From NCBI GenBank assembly GCA_951406725.2, contig OX597816.1, positions 172,298,001-172,362,000 on the forward strand: a stretch of DNA of 64,000 nt, in the 5' to 3' direction. The translations under genes were made by a program, and so were the position numbers. The stretch is from Octopus vulgaris. Taxonomy: Eukaryota. The notes under the pieces are model-generated. The model did not search any database. It was not told where the DNA came from and worked only from the letters and a program-made list of their open reading frames with translations. Below are positions 12,430 through 25,784 of the stretch, piece after piece. Within the stretch, counting starts at the first letter, position 1, and each line of letters opens with the position of its first letter.

Positions 12430-13625
12430 GTAAGTATAACATCAAAAATAATGATTTATAACATTGGTACGAGACCATGAATAATGTTTGGATGGTGGGG
12501 GGGTGGGGGTGAGGCTATAGTCATTCTAAATACCTCTCCCATCACTTGATGGTATTTATTTTTTATTTTATTAAACATTAAAGGATGAAAGACAGAATTT
12601 GAACCTCAGATGTAAAGGAATTTAATGCTATAAAGCCCTTTTTATTCAATGCTCAACAACCTCTGCAAATGATGGTATTCATGATATCAGATAAGAAGAG
12701 TATTAACTCTTTATATTTGCAAATATTTTATCAAAATGCTTTAAAGGGGTCACAGATGTCTGCTTTTGGATAGGATGCCAATCAATAAGAAATACTGAAA
12801 TTACAAACCGATGTGTAGAGTCCCTATGTGGTCTCTTGATCTGCTAGAAATTACAGCAAATTCCCCCAGAAACATTCTGACATACAGAATGACAGTATGG
12901 TAATAACAGGGCTACATTTTATTGTAGGCCTACTAATTCTGGGCTGACTTTGTTCATAACCACCCCCCTCAAATATTGAGCTCAGTAATGCAAGGTAGTC
13001 AATTAGACAGTCTTTATGACACTTAGACTGATGGGTTGACTGTAACACCTCACTGTATCTATTTACAGTTATGCTGGACCGTTGGCAGTTGAGTGTCTTT
13101 GACAGAGGCACATAAAGAGTATCAAGTCACAAACAAACCACTAATTTTTTTTCAGTTAGTATGCTGAACTAGAGATATATGCCATAGTAATATTCTTAGG
13201 TAGCATGCTGACTGTTTATAGTGTGAATAACAATACTATTTTAGCAATTATAGCAACCTGTACTGCAGATAATTCCAGTATATATTGGTAACTTTCAAAT
13301 ATTAGAAAAAAAGATGATGTTCCAGCTGAAAAGATTATGAACATCCAGTAATTATAAAAAAAAAAGAAAAGCAGTACAAAGAATATGAGTATGTCTGTGT
13401 GTCGTCTAGCTTACACTTTCTTTCTAATTGTGTAACCTGACTTACTGTGCATTGTGCCAAGTACCAGATACAAAAGGATACTTGTTAGGGTTATCAGAAA
13501 TGCAAAACCCAAACAGATCAATTCTGATCTCTTTTACCATGTTGATATCATATGTGAAGATCTTCCCAAAGTGTATCTACTAATACTAAACATACAGCTA
13601 AGTGGATTATAGATATACAATAACA

Positions 13626-13843
13626 CAGTGCTTTTCAAACTTTTTGCTGGAGCGGAACCCCAAGAAAACATTTCACTGGCTCGAGGAACCCCTGTGCAAT
13701 AATTTAATAGTCTTATGCACACATATCTGCATAGGGGAATTAAAAATTACTGCCAATTTTAGCCGTTTTGTAACTTCTTGCGGAACCCCTGGACTGTACT
13801 GGCGGAACCCTAAGTTCCACGGAACCCTGGTTGAAAACCACTG
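13626..13843. mobile_element. hAT-type MITE
   Basis: TIR cagtg(c/g)ttttcaa; 8-bp TSD CAATAACA on both sides; internal ggaaccc repeats; second copy at 43008-43225. Confidence 0.92.
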
Positions 13844-14024
13844 CAATAACATATGCAATACATTGTGATGTATTAGCTCACACGATGCCCTCCTTGAAAT
13901 TTTTAGGGCCTCATCAATTCCAAACTGGACTTAGAGTGTGTTTGTTCACCATCTCAAGTAATTTCTTATAAATTCGGTAAACAACAAACATGACACTAAT
14001 GTATATTTTTATTTTTACTTTTAG

Positions 14025-14514
14025 GGATTGGATGTTCTCTTGTGTATGTAACCGTTTTTGTAGTTGTTGGAATTTATTTTGGTAGCAGGGCAACAATTTT
14101 CATCGCACTTCTGTCAACAGCTGGACCAATTGGAGCAGTTGTATTTCCACTTATTATTCCCTATATTATCAGTGTTTATAATTGGAATTACTGCCTTTTC
14201 ATCTTGTCTGGAATCAGCTTCAACGTTTGCCCACTAGGGCTGTATATTTTGTTTTGTCAGAATCGTGCTAATAAAGCAAACCAGGAATACATCATTCAGC
14301 TTCCTATTAAGCTGAAAGCCAGAAAAAAGCTATTGGATGTAACTGTATTCAATAATTTCATGTTTAACCTTTTTTTGCTCCCTCTTTGCCTGAGCTGTGG
14401 TTTTATGAATTTTACATTTAGTATTTACGCCAGTTATATGGATAACAAAGGCTTCAGTCTGATGCAAACCACTCAACAGTACTCCATCTTGTGTTCTGCA
14501 TCAATTATTGCCAG
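14025..14514 (+). CDS. SLC16-family gene, exon B (TM4-TM8)
   Basis: ttttAG acceptor, GTTAGT donor, phase 1-2; GIGCSLVYVTVFVVVGIYFGSRATIFIAL...VFPLII...YNWNYCLFILSGISFNVCPLG...LLDVTVFNNFMF...ASIIAR. Confidence 0.9.
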
Positions 14515-14949
14515 GTTAGTTAAACTTGTTTTATACCCTATAAAATAATTTTCTTCCCATTATAGTGTTTATGGTACATGTTTAGGTAAAAATTTGTTTC
14601 CTGCAATTAAATTTGAGGCATAACCTTATCACAAACTTTTGAAAGCATTAATCAGTTTATGTAAAAAGTAACCAACCTGTTGATCAGATCCTGTATATTT
14701 ACAGTATCACTGTATAAGCATTTAATTTTAATTTAATTTTTTTCCATAATTTTTTTCAACAAATTGTGTTTTTTTTTGTATTCGATAAATACTTGAGCTG
14801 TATAAAAATAAATTTATTGAAAAATACGAGAAACTAAATATTTATATACTCATGTTTAAATGTATAGGAGCTTCTGACAAGAAAAATTTATATTTCACAC
14901 TAATAAAATGCCAACTCTTAGCTAGGAAGGAGACAATCCAAACAATATA

Positions 14950-17900
14950 ATTACAGCAGCACTAAAAGGTGATGGTCACACAAGGACCACAGCTCAGATA
15001 GAGTGAAAGAAACAAGAATTCATTTGCTTCTGTGCTCTCATCAGACCTCACATTAGCCATCTTTGAAAACAAACACAAAAAAGGTGACAAGAATGGAAAC
15101 ACTGATGTGAGTGAGAGATGTTTCCCTGGTCCTACAAACCCAGACCCCCAAAGGAACAAAGATGAAGCCATGAGTGAGAGGTCTGCCTGGGAAGGAGACA
15201 CCAGTACTAATGGCCCTATCACCACCAATGTGAACAACTGAGGAGACAAGGGAGCTAAAAGAGGAAAGGAAAAAAGGAAAGCAAACAGGAACAGAAAGAT
15301 GATGAATAAAAAGGAAGAGAAAGAAAAACAAAAAACAATTCCCAAGAAAAATATCAAGGAAAGAAATAAGTTGGGCTACCCATGCAGGAAGGTACTATTA
15401 GTAAAGAAGAAAACTTTGGGATGAAAAAGACCCTGGACAATAGAAATGATATAAAAGAGAACACACCTGAGTGCGTAGGTTCTAGCTGCATGATGCCTGC
15501 TGGCATGAAGGTAACAGTGCAAACTGCCATTTCACACACCCAAAACCATACCTATTTCTTTATTACCCACAAGGGGCTAAACATAGAAGGGACAAACAAG
15601 GACAGACATAGGTATTAAGTCGATTACATCGACCCCAGTGTGCAACTGGTACTTAATTTATCGATCCCGAAAGGATGAAAGGCAAAGTTGACCCAAAACC
15701 ATACCACAGCTGCATGCGGCAGGATGAAAGCTTCCCTCTAAAGGGACGAAATGATAAACAAAGACCCCAAACGGGGAAAAAAAAATCATGCACCACCTGC
15801 ACCAAAATAAAAATGTGCAGATGTAGTGCACACTACTTCCAATAGCCCTATCCAGATACAGTCATAAGGGCTGCTTCTGAGCATTCTTTTTTTGTGCATT
15901 GTGTAAAAGATTGTGCAGCCACTGACCTGATTACATTAATTTCAGCAAAGAAGTTATCCTCACCAACATACAAGACCATCACAGCCAACAGGTACAGAGT
16001 GACCACCACTGGCATCAGCCCAGGTGTCATATTGATTCTCTTACTAAATATTAGAGGGCTGTTACACGCAAGCAATCTTTATACATAGCACTCACTCAAA
16101 TGCATCTAAGACTCAATACCGCTGATGCAGAAATGCACATACCAAAGTATGTTATATTGTGAACTGATAGAAAAGACAGAAGTCATACACATGTAGCAAT
16201 GTGTATCTGTGAAAACCTCATGTCCCAGGTCCTCTTGTCATACTCAAACTTAGTGTGTGACACACTGATTATACATATAAGACAACTCAATATAGTTATA
16301 TGTGCTATTTATCACCCACCAAATGCTCCAAATTACCTGGGCATATTTGAAGATTACCTTGCAAAAATAGAAGTCTTAACCAAATTGGAACAACACTTCA
16401 GTGTACTTCTCATGTAGAATGGTTTGGGGTCCTTTTCCACTCAAGAATGATGCAGTGCAAACAAAGGCAGGTGGAATCCCTACTCAACCTTGCCAACACA
16501 TTATGTAGTACTCCAGCTAACCAGGGGAAACAAGATACTTGATTTCTGCTTCACAAACAATATAGATCTCATCCATAATGTGTAAGTAACACTGATGCTA
16601 GTTTCAGATCATAATATAATAGAGATGACCATGTATGGTCCAAAGGAATACGCAGACATGCAGCCTATGAGAAGCACCCAAAATCTATCTATTCTAAACT
16701 TCTATAAAGCAGGCTGGAAATTGATTGAGAAAGAGCTCTTCAGACAGGATAGGTCTCAATGTCTCTCCACAGCTTGTCCCAGAGAGAAAGACTACTGTAA
16801 ATAAGAATAAAATTCCTTAGGTGAGTAAAGGTTTTTGGGACAGCATACAAAAATTGCTAACCGTCTAAATAGAGAACTCAATGGCAGTGAAAAATCCTAC
16901 CTGATAACAAAACTGCTGGAGACTGAGAAAAATATGAGATGCTCCCATGACAAAGAGAGAGCAGACAAAGAAGTCTGGGTTATGGAAAATATAAAATCAA
17001 ACCCTAAAGCCTTCTTTAAGTTTGCCAAAGAAACTGCCTCAATGCTTTTCAGGGTAGGGCTACTTCTCCAAAAATATGGCCCCCTTATAAAAATTGCAAT
17101 GAAGACAAGTGAAACACTGAGTGAATAATTCAGAAGTATTTTCACCCTACCCTTAAGGCACATGCAAGTCAGCAAACATGTAGAGTTCTTTACCACTACA
17201 GATATCAAAAAAGGAGGCAGTAACAATTGGTTACATTGATATAAAAGATGTAACACTGGCCATAGATAGAATAAACCTGAACTCAACTGCTGGCCCTGAC
17301 GTTTTCCTGGCAATCCTTCTAAAATCGTGTAAACAAGACCTGGTGAAACCATTGCAGTCTCTCTTCTGGAGTTTCCTTTGCAAGTTGCAAACTTCCAGGC
17401 AAGTTGAGGGAGCAGAGCAGATGCCAAAAACTGTAGGCCTATCTCTCTAACCTCGCATATCAACAAAGTTATGGAACATAGTCTGAAGGAACCTAATCAT
17501 GTTCCTTGAAGAAAATGACTAGCTGACTGACACCCAGCATGGTTTCTGGCCAAGAAGAAGCTGCTAAACACAGCTCTTACAACACAATGGGTGTTGAAAC
17601 AGCTACTTAACCATTCAAATGTGAATGTAATATATCTTGACTTTGTGAAGGCCTAATATGTCATGAACTGTGTGATTTCGGCATAGTTGGAACATAATGA
17701 GTAGTGGCCCACAGTGCAGTGTCATGGGGGCCTCTGTTGTTCTTTGTTGCCCTCTTAGACACGCTCTCACCCACAGAGGACCACCATCACAAGCTATGCA
17801 GATGACACAGAAGTTTCACATCTAATATAAAACTGAAGATAGCACGTGCCTGCAACAAGAGTTAAATGCAATATACAAGCGGGTTGATGACAATAATCTG

Positions 17901-18730
17901 CAGTTTAATGCTGGAAAGTTCCCAGCCCTTTGCTTTCAGCTGACAAAATACACTGGACCTGGAGAGGTCACAGTTCCAGAATCACAATCAGTGTGTAACC
18001 TGGGCATTGACATGAGTTGTGATGTATATTACTAAGTTGGCAATGAAATACAGGCAGCTGACCAGATGGATTCTTAAGCTTTCAGAACAAGAGAGCAGGA
18101 AACCATAACAGCTCTCTGGAAGACATTTGTCCTACATTGTTTTAACTATTGCTTCTGACTATGGTCATCACACAGTGTCAAATTAATAGCAGAACTCAAA
18201 ACAGTCCAGTGAAGCTACATGAAAGCAACCTCAATGCAGCAAATTAGCTCCTGGGAAAGACTCAAGAAGTTAAGACTTTACTCTTTGGAATGAAGGAGGG
18301 AAAAATATACTGTAATATACTTCCGGAAGATCCTAGGACTTGTCCCAAACTTTAGCATTGAAAGTTATACAAACACCAGAACAGGGTGCCATTACATAGT
18401 GCCTAAAATTTCACCCCTGCTGTCAAAGTACAGGCCTGGATACAGCAAAAGATTGGAGTTCAAGAGCTCACAGATCTTCAATATCCTTCTGAAGGAACTG
18501 AGAAACCTACATAGTGTGGATGTATGTTTTCAAAACTAAACTGGATTTCCTGCTGTCAAGAGTCCAGATGAGCCAACTTCATGACAGGAAGCAGAAATGA
18601 GAGCAGCATCAGCATCAAACTCCCTCGTTCACCAAACCCTGACTATTAAAGGAGGATTAATGAAAATGTAGCAACATTAGTTGGTGCTGCTGCATAACCA
18701 CAGCCCTTGAGCTGAAACTAGTGAAAGCTA
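14950..18730 (+). mobile_element. heavily decayed near-full-length LINE (CR1-group/Jockey-like; APE endonuclease + RT)
   Basis: LLLNIRGL, AIYHPPN, VSDHNII (APE); ENIKSNPKAFF, NCRPISLTSHI, QHGF, IYLDF, SYADDT (RT); many stops and frameshifts; interrupted by a SINE fragment at about 15575-15695. Confidence 0.88.
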
Positions 18731-18749
18731 TATGATTTGTTATATTTAT

Positions 18750-19160
18750 GAATTTGTTTTGCAAGATTCTTGATATGAAATTGTGTGTTAAAACAGGTAT
18801 TATTACATTTTGGGATAGTAATTTTTTTTTTTTTGCTTTTTCTCTTTAGCCAAATAAACACACACACTATATATTCATTCTTCACTCATTTATTATTATT
18901 CTTATTTCATCTCAAGTCCATTGTCTGGAAATCTTTCATCACACATCTGTGGCTTCTTCAGTGACTCTTCCATCTCAGGACAGGAGAAAACATGTGGGAT
19001 GGAAGAGTTGCTGAAGAGGTCACAGATGTGTGATGAAAGATTTCCAGACAATGGACTTGAGATGAAATAAGAATAGTAAACAAGTGAAGAATGGATATAT
19101 AGTGCATGTGTTTATTTGGTAAGAGAGAAAAAGATGACCATCCCGAAATATAGCAATATA
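18750..19160. repeat. fold-back element, same family as 5554-5950, opposite orientation
   Basis: Inverted arms about 18797-18977 and 18995-19159; shares ccaaataaacacacacactatatatt and the flanking gcaagatt..tgtgtgttaaaacag segment with the 5.5-kb copy. Confidence 0.85.
19005..19049 (+). ncRNA. hammerhead-ribozyme-like motif (a mirror copy lies on the minus strand of the left arm)
   Basis: CUGAAGAG-GUCACA(GAUG)UGUGAU-GAAA-GAUU-UC; stem I degenerate. Confidence 0.5.
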
Positions 19161-19442
19161 TGATTTGATAAAGCACATACTATTTGCCATTAACTGTTGA
19201 CTAGGTACATAAGAGTATAAGACTATTGCCATAGTTTATTTCTAGACAAAGCAAATTAATGGTTGTTCATTTAATTTTTTTAATTAAAGTCCTTTACAGT
19301 AAGAAGGCTTTTCAACTGTAAATGTATATGTTCCTAAAACTTAGCATTTTAAACTTTTTCAAACTCTTTCTAGTGATAGAAATGTAGTTCTTTGTATTGT
19401 GAAAATCAAACTAACTCTTATTTTTTTATCTTAAAACTATAG

Positions 19443-19726
19443 GCTGAGTCTTGGTGTGGTGCTTCGATTAACAAGGTGGAGATTTGTGTATATATATACA
19501 ATTGTCGCAATTGGATTTGGAATTACTATGTGTATTTCAACTGTTCTTCATTCTTATGAATTATTAGCAGTCTGCAATTTATTTGCGGGTCTGTTCCATG
19601 GAGGTCCTTGTGGATTATATCCTATTGCTATTTTGGATTTTGTTGGTCCTGAGAAATACAGTTCTGGTATTGGTATTACTGAAACAGCAAATGGCGTTAT
19701 TACCATCATTGAAGGGTTTCTAGCAG
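19443..19726 (+). CDS. SLC16-family gene, exon C (TM8-TM11)
   Basis: tatAG acceptor, GTAAG donor, phase 2-1; (R)LSLGVVLRLTRW...LHSYELLAVCNLFAGLFHGGPCGLYPIAILDFVGPEKYSSGIGI...GFLAG, typical of MCT TM10-TM11. Confidence 0.92.
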
Positions 19727-20288
19727 GTAAGATTACTTCCAATGTTTTTAAAGATCTTTATTTGTTGTATTGAAGTAGTCACAATAAGTTATGTTCAAAC
19801 TGCTAAATAATACAAAATTAATATATTGAATGTTAAGAATTGTGTAACACCAGGTGTGACCTGCAGTGAGTCACAAGCTGGGTGAATGACTAGGTGCAAC
19901 TCACAAATTTATTGTTCCAGAAATATACAATGTTTAACTGAGGATCATATTTCTTACATCAAACACACAGAATCAATTATACTGGGTGTAATATGACAGT
20001 TTGGACACATTGTATTCTCTTCACTCCAGTTCCTTTCTCTATGCCTAATGCTGCTTCACCCCAAGTAAACCCTGATCTAGCAGACCTAGGTATTCAAGCT
20101 GTGATCATCTTTTATATTTTGTATATCTAAAACTGCATTCAATATGTCAGTTCAGTATGTCCTTTATTCTTTAAAATGTAGGTTGGTGTCATTTGAGGGA
20201 ATTTGGCTGCTATTTCTTAAAAATAACTGAATATATTGTATACAATATGTATTTTCTGGTGTGGTTATTTTAAATAAAAGCAATTAAC

Positions 20289-20458
20289 TATTGGGTCATC
20301 CCATAAATATTGTGTTCTTTTTTTCAATTGCATGACCTGTAAATCAGAAGGGGATGGGATAAACTACCTGCATTAACTTGCTATAAAAGCAGGCAGAGAT
20401 TTTACTTTGTACTTAGTCTCAGTCAAAATTTGGAAGAGTGCAGATTGATTTTAAGTTA
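20289..20458 (+). mobile_element. mariner 5' terminal fragment
   Basis: TA-ttgggtcatcccataaata TIR-like start typical of mariners; ends where a Helitron begins. Confidence 0.5.
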
Positions 20459-20470
20459 TCTATCTATCTA

Positions 20471-20897
20471 TCTATATAAAACTCAACTTGTGTGTCTGTG
20501 TGTGTATTATTTCCTCCTAGCCAACAAATCGTAGAACCACCAAATGTGGGTCACTTAAAGTTTAGGCAAATGAAAATTGAACTGCGCTATTTCTGTTCCG
20601 AAATTCATCTCACAAGTGCAAAAATCGATAATGTCTTTGTTTAGGCCTTATCCCATGCATTGAAAAGTGAACTTCACTCAGTCAGCTGTTTGACGTGAAC
20701 TGTGTTCACCACACGTGCAAGCATGCGTAAATTGCATGAAAAATAAAAAATCAAGATATAATAACGAATCGCCATAAACTTTGTAGAAATTCGCCAAAGA
20801 AATGAATTTTCGGGATGTAGCCTGGAGGGTTTTTTCGTATTAATATATATATATATATATATAAATGTATATATCATCATATATATATGCATGTATA

Positions 20898-20940
<43 letters not shown>

Positions 20941-21243
20941 TACATATATACATATATACATATATACATATATGAGAGTATGATAGAAGAAGGCTAACTC
21001 TTCCTTCCGTAGAAGAAAAAATTCAAATCGGACCATGTTAATGCCAAAAGTTATTTACATCAAAAAGGTGCCTTTTTTCTATGAAAATCCCTATTTTTTA
21101 CGATGTTTTGACTGTGGTGTCGCCATTTTTCGGTGTATTTCACCTAAAGAGAAGAACAAGCTTCATACTGCCAAATTTTTACTTTTCAAAAATTCCAGTT
21201 CTAAAGGGTCTAAACAAACCACAATGCCAGGCGATACTGCTAG
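20471..21243 (+). mobile_element. non-autonomous Helitron
   Basis: 5' TCtatataaaactcaacttgtgtgtctgt; 3' decayed hairpin ccacaatgccaggcgatactgCTAG followed by T; internal TA microsatellite. Confidence 0.75.
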
Positions 21244-21249
21244 TATATA

Positions 21250-21995
21250 TATATGCATACACACACACACACAAACATGCACGGACACACCCAGACATAC
21301 ATACATACACCTATATACACACGCCCACACACCTACATACACACACATATACACACGCCCACACAGCTACATACACACACATACATACACACATACACGG
21401 ACACACCCATACATACTTACATACATACACCTATACACACACGCCTACACACCTACACACACACATGCATACACACACACATGTACGCACATACACACAC
21501 ATATACGCACACACATATATACCCACACACATGCACACACACACACATACGCACATACATGCACGCATGCACACGCGCACACCTACACGCATACACACAC
21601 ACACACGCACGTACACATACATACATACACACACGCATACATACACCCATACACATACATGCATCCTACACAAAAATACATACACACTCACACATACATA
21701 CACACACACGCACTCACTCACACACCTGTATGTTCGCGCACACACATGCACATACACACACTTCCCCACACCCACACGTACATACATACACACTCATACA
21801 CATACACACACACACACACACACGGACATACATCTATGCACACACATATATACACACATACTCACATACATTCATCGGACACACTGCCACCCAGACATAC
21901 ACACAGACACACTCACACATCCACACACACTCATACGTACGCGCACACTCGCAGGCGCGCGCACACACGCACTTGCGCCGGTTCGCGCACGCATG
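21250..21995. repeat. complex (CA/CATA)n microsatellite
   Basis: About 750 bp of degenerate CA repeats; source of the spurious His/Thr-rich ORFs. Confidence 0.95.
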
Positions 21996-22784
21996 TGCGC
22001 CGCATGCACCTCGCCCTTGGACCCGACGAGACCTCCCGCCCGTTCCTGGGATGTCGCTTGTCGTTGGGTTTTCCCACGCCCGCCTCCGCGGGACCACTCT
22101 TCCATCTTCCCCTCCGCTGGAGTCTTTTTCCTAACCCCCCCCCCCTTTTTTTTTCGTTACACACACGCGCACACATATACACACATTGCTTAAACATATA
22201 CATTACTCTTACACACATTCAATCTACTCGCCACTAATACTACCACGACACTGGACACACACACACCCTACTACTCAACACACGCTGGCACGCTACATAC
22301 GCCCCCACCCCTTCCCCGCCCTCCCTTCCTCCTTCCTCCCTTTTCTCACTACTGACCTTTGTCTGCTATGCTGCTGCTATGCTGACCACCGTTCGCCCTA
22401 CCTCACACGCCTACACACAGACGCACACACTAACACATACATATATTTTTTGTTTTTTTACCTCGCCTCACACACACACATACACACACGCACACACTCA
22501 CACATACACACACATCTGTTCTACCAACCTTGTCTCTACTCTTTTGCCTTTAAAAACCCACTTTGCTCTTGTTATCGTAAACATCCGCCTTTCACCATGT
22601 GCTACTCCTAACACCACGTTTTTTTCTCTATCTCCGTTGCCCGCTCCGGGATCTTTCTTTCCTCTCTCTTCCTTCTTTATGTTTCCGACGAAGAGCGCTC
22701 GAAACGTCATACCTCCCTGCTTCCATTTCCTGACTTAATAATAATACTGTAATTGTTCCATTGTTGTTGTTTTTTTGTTTCCCG

Positions 22785-22790
<6 letters not shown>
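21996..22790 (+). mobile_element. Penelope-like element 3' remnant (decayed GIY-YIG C-terminus and pseudo-LTR)
   Basis: GC-rich block translating in shifted frames to VPGMSLVVGFSHARLR../RDHSSIF..LTPPPFF (resembles the PLE terminus R..RE..LIF.L....P.GLN), then a CA/CT-rich UTR and ccgacgaagagcgctcgaaacgtc at 22685-22708. Confidence 0.5.
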
Positions 22791-22819
<29 letters not shown>

Positions 22820-22858
22820 ATGTCAAAAGACACCTGTTGTTAATGTTCTGTTATTTGT

Positions 22859-23276
22859 ATTTTACTCTTTTACTCTTTTACTTGTTTCAGTCATTTGACT
22901 GCGGCCATGCTGGAGCACCGCCTTTAATCGAGCAACTCGATCCCGGGACTTATTCTTTGTAAGCCCAGTACTTATTCTATCGGTCTCTTTGCCGAACCGT
23001 TAAGTGACGGGGACATAAACACACCAGCATCGGTTGTCAAGCGATGTTGGGGGGGACAAACACGGATATACAAACTCACACACACACACACACATATATA
23101 TATACATATATACGACGGGCTTCTTTCAGTTTCCATCTACCAAATCCACTCACAAGGCTGTGGTCGGCCCGAGGCTATAGTAGAAGACACTTGCCCAAGG
23201 TGCCACACAGTGGGACTGAACCCAGAACCATGTGGTTGGTAAACAAGCTACTTACCACACAGCCACTCCTGCGCCT
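22859..23276 (-). mobile_element. SINE family A
   Basis: Full-length reverse-complement copy. Confidence 0.9.
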
Positions 23277-23549
23277 TTGTAAACAATTTCTCCATTTCTT
23301 TCTCAGTCCTTGTTTTCGTAAACATTCACTGATTTCTTCCAAAGAATCTAGTGCTCTTAGCTTAGTTTTCCCTTGGGGCTGGCCAGTTTGGAGCAATCTT
23401 GAGTATAACCAGCTGAAATTGCAAAGATAATCTGGAGCTCAATTGAGGAAAGAAAACTCCAAAAGACCCATCCTTGTTTATCTTGTCCCTTTTTTGTATC
23501 ATCTGTCTGGACGTTTTGTGTTCTTTTCCCATGTTTTTCATTCCCTTAT

Positions 23550-25560
23550 TGCCTAAACAAACAAATTGAAAGCAGTGAAAAGTCCCGCCTGAAAATACAA
23601 CAGCTGGAAATTGAAAAATGTCTGCAACTCTCCCATGAAAAAGAAAGAGCAGACAAAGAAGCCTGGGCTATAGACAATATAAAATCTAACCCCTGAGCTT
23701 TCTACAAGTTTGCCAAAGAAACGGCTTTGGTGCACTGCACGATAGGGCTACTCCTCGAAAAAGATGGTACACTGACAGGAAATCCAATGAGGACAAGTGA
23801 AATACAAAATGAGCAATTCAAAAGTATTTTCACTCCACCCCTAGGGCACTTTCAAGTCAGCAATCCAACTGACTTCTTTACCACTGCAGATATAAAGGAA
23901 GACGATGTAATAAGGGCTATAGATGAAATGAACCTAAACTCAGCCACTGGCCCTGATGGATTCCCAGCAATCCTTCTAAAAGTATGTAAGTGAGTCCTAG
24001 CAAGACCACTGCAGTCCCTCTTTCAGAGCTTCCTTGCAACTGGCAAACTTCCAAGAACACCGAAGGAGGGTAAAATATGCCCTATTCATAAAGGAGGTTG
24101 CAGAGCGGAGGCCAAGAACTACAGACCTATCTCTCTGACCTCACACATCAGCAAGGTCATGGAACGAATAGTCAGAAGAAAACTAATCGCCTTCCTTGAA
24201 GAAAATAACTTGCTGCCTGACACCCAACCTGGTTTCCGACCAAGAAGAAGCTGCCTAACTCAGCTCTTACAACACTATGACTGGGTGCTGAAACAGCTGC
24301 TCAACCACTCAAATGTGGAAGTGATATATCTCGACTTTGCAAAGACCTTTGATAAAGTCGATCATGGAATGATATGTCACAAACTGCGTGATCTTGGCAT
24401 AGTTGGAAAATTGGGAGAATGGCTTCATGACTTTCTGAAAGATAGAATTCAGGTGGTAGTAGCCACGCAAATAGTGAGCGGTATTCTGCAAGGCACTGTT
24501 TTGGGACCACTACTGTTCATAATGGCCCTCTCGGACATGCCCTCAGCCACGCAGAGAGCTACGATCACAAGTTATGCAGATGATACAAAAGTTTCACCGG
24601 TAATACAGAACCCTGAAGACACTATGCACCTGCAATGTGAGCTGGACAAAATATACAAATGGGCTGAAAAGAATAGCATGCAGTTTAATGCTGAAAAGTT
24701 TCAAGCTCTATACTATCAGCATGCAAAACTAAATGCAATACCCAATAAATACACTAGACCTGGAGGGATTTCAATCCCAGAGGCACAATTAGGGCGAGAC
24801 CTGGGCATTTACATGAGTAATGATGCAACCTTTCATATGCATGTTGCTAAATTGGCAATGAAATGTAGGCGGCCGACCAGATGGATTCTTAGAACTTTTA
24901 GAACAAGAGACCAGGAAACCATGATGGTCTTCTGGAAAGCACTTGTCCTAAGCCACTTTGACTATTGCTCTCAGCTATGGTCACCAACCAGTGTCAAATT
25001 AATCTCAGAACTTGAGGCAATCCAACGAAGCTACATAAAGAAGATAGCCTCTATGCAGCAGATAAGCTATTGGGAAAGACTCAAGAGATGAAGACTCTAT
25101 TGCTTAGAGCATAGGTAAGAAAAAATATGCCATAATATACATCTGGAAGATCCTAGAAGGACATGTCCCAAACTTTGGCATTGAGAGTTACACAAATACT
25201 AGAACTGGGCGCCACTGTATAGTGCCAAGGACTCTAAATTTGCCATCAAGATGTAGGACAAGATACTGCAATAGCCTGGGCTTCAGAGGTCCACAGCTCC
25301 TCAATATCCTCCCAAAGGACCTGAGAGACCTGCATGGGGTGGATGTAGGTGTCTTCAAAATAAAGCTGCACCTCTTCTTGTCAGGAGTCCCAGATGAACC
25401 AACTTCGCGACAGGAGGTGTAGATGAGGGCAGCTGCATCAAATTCTCTAATGCACCAAATGTCAATTGCTAAAAAGCATTCGTGAAGTAAAATTATGTAG
25501 CAACACCAAATGGCAGTGCACCAGAATGGCCACAGCTCATGAGCTGAAACTAGATTAAAA
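23550..25560 (+). mobile_element. 5'-truncated LINE ORF2 (RT), same family as 14950-18730 but better preserved
   Basis: ATGPDGFP, NYRPISLTSHISKVMERIV, QPGFRPRRSC, IYLDFAKTFDKVDH, QGTVLGPLLF, YADDTK, RDLGI, DYCSQLWSP; several stops; 3' tail ...ccacagctcatgagctgaaactagattaaaa. Confidence 0.95.
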
Positions 25561-25784
25561 AAAATATACACACATATATGCATATATATATATGCACACA
25601 CATGCATGTATATATATATATATATACACATATATATGCATATATATATATATATATACAAAAAAGGATGAAATGTAATTAATTTAATAAAATTAATAAA
25701 TTTCACCTAGTAGATTTATCGGTATGGAAAAGACCATATTTGGTGAGAATTATATTAATTATAATAAAGGGTTAATTGCAGCAA

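Noticed and set aside
21035-22237. 400-aa, 370-aa and 293-aa His/Thr-rich ORFs
   Set aside because: Open only because they cross a stop-free CA microsatellite; all three frames are open; no splice or homology support.
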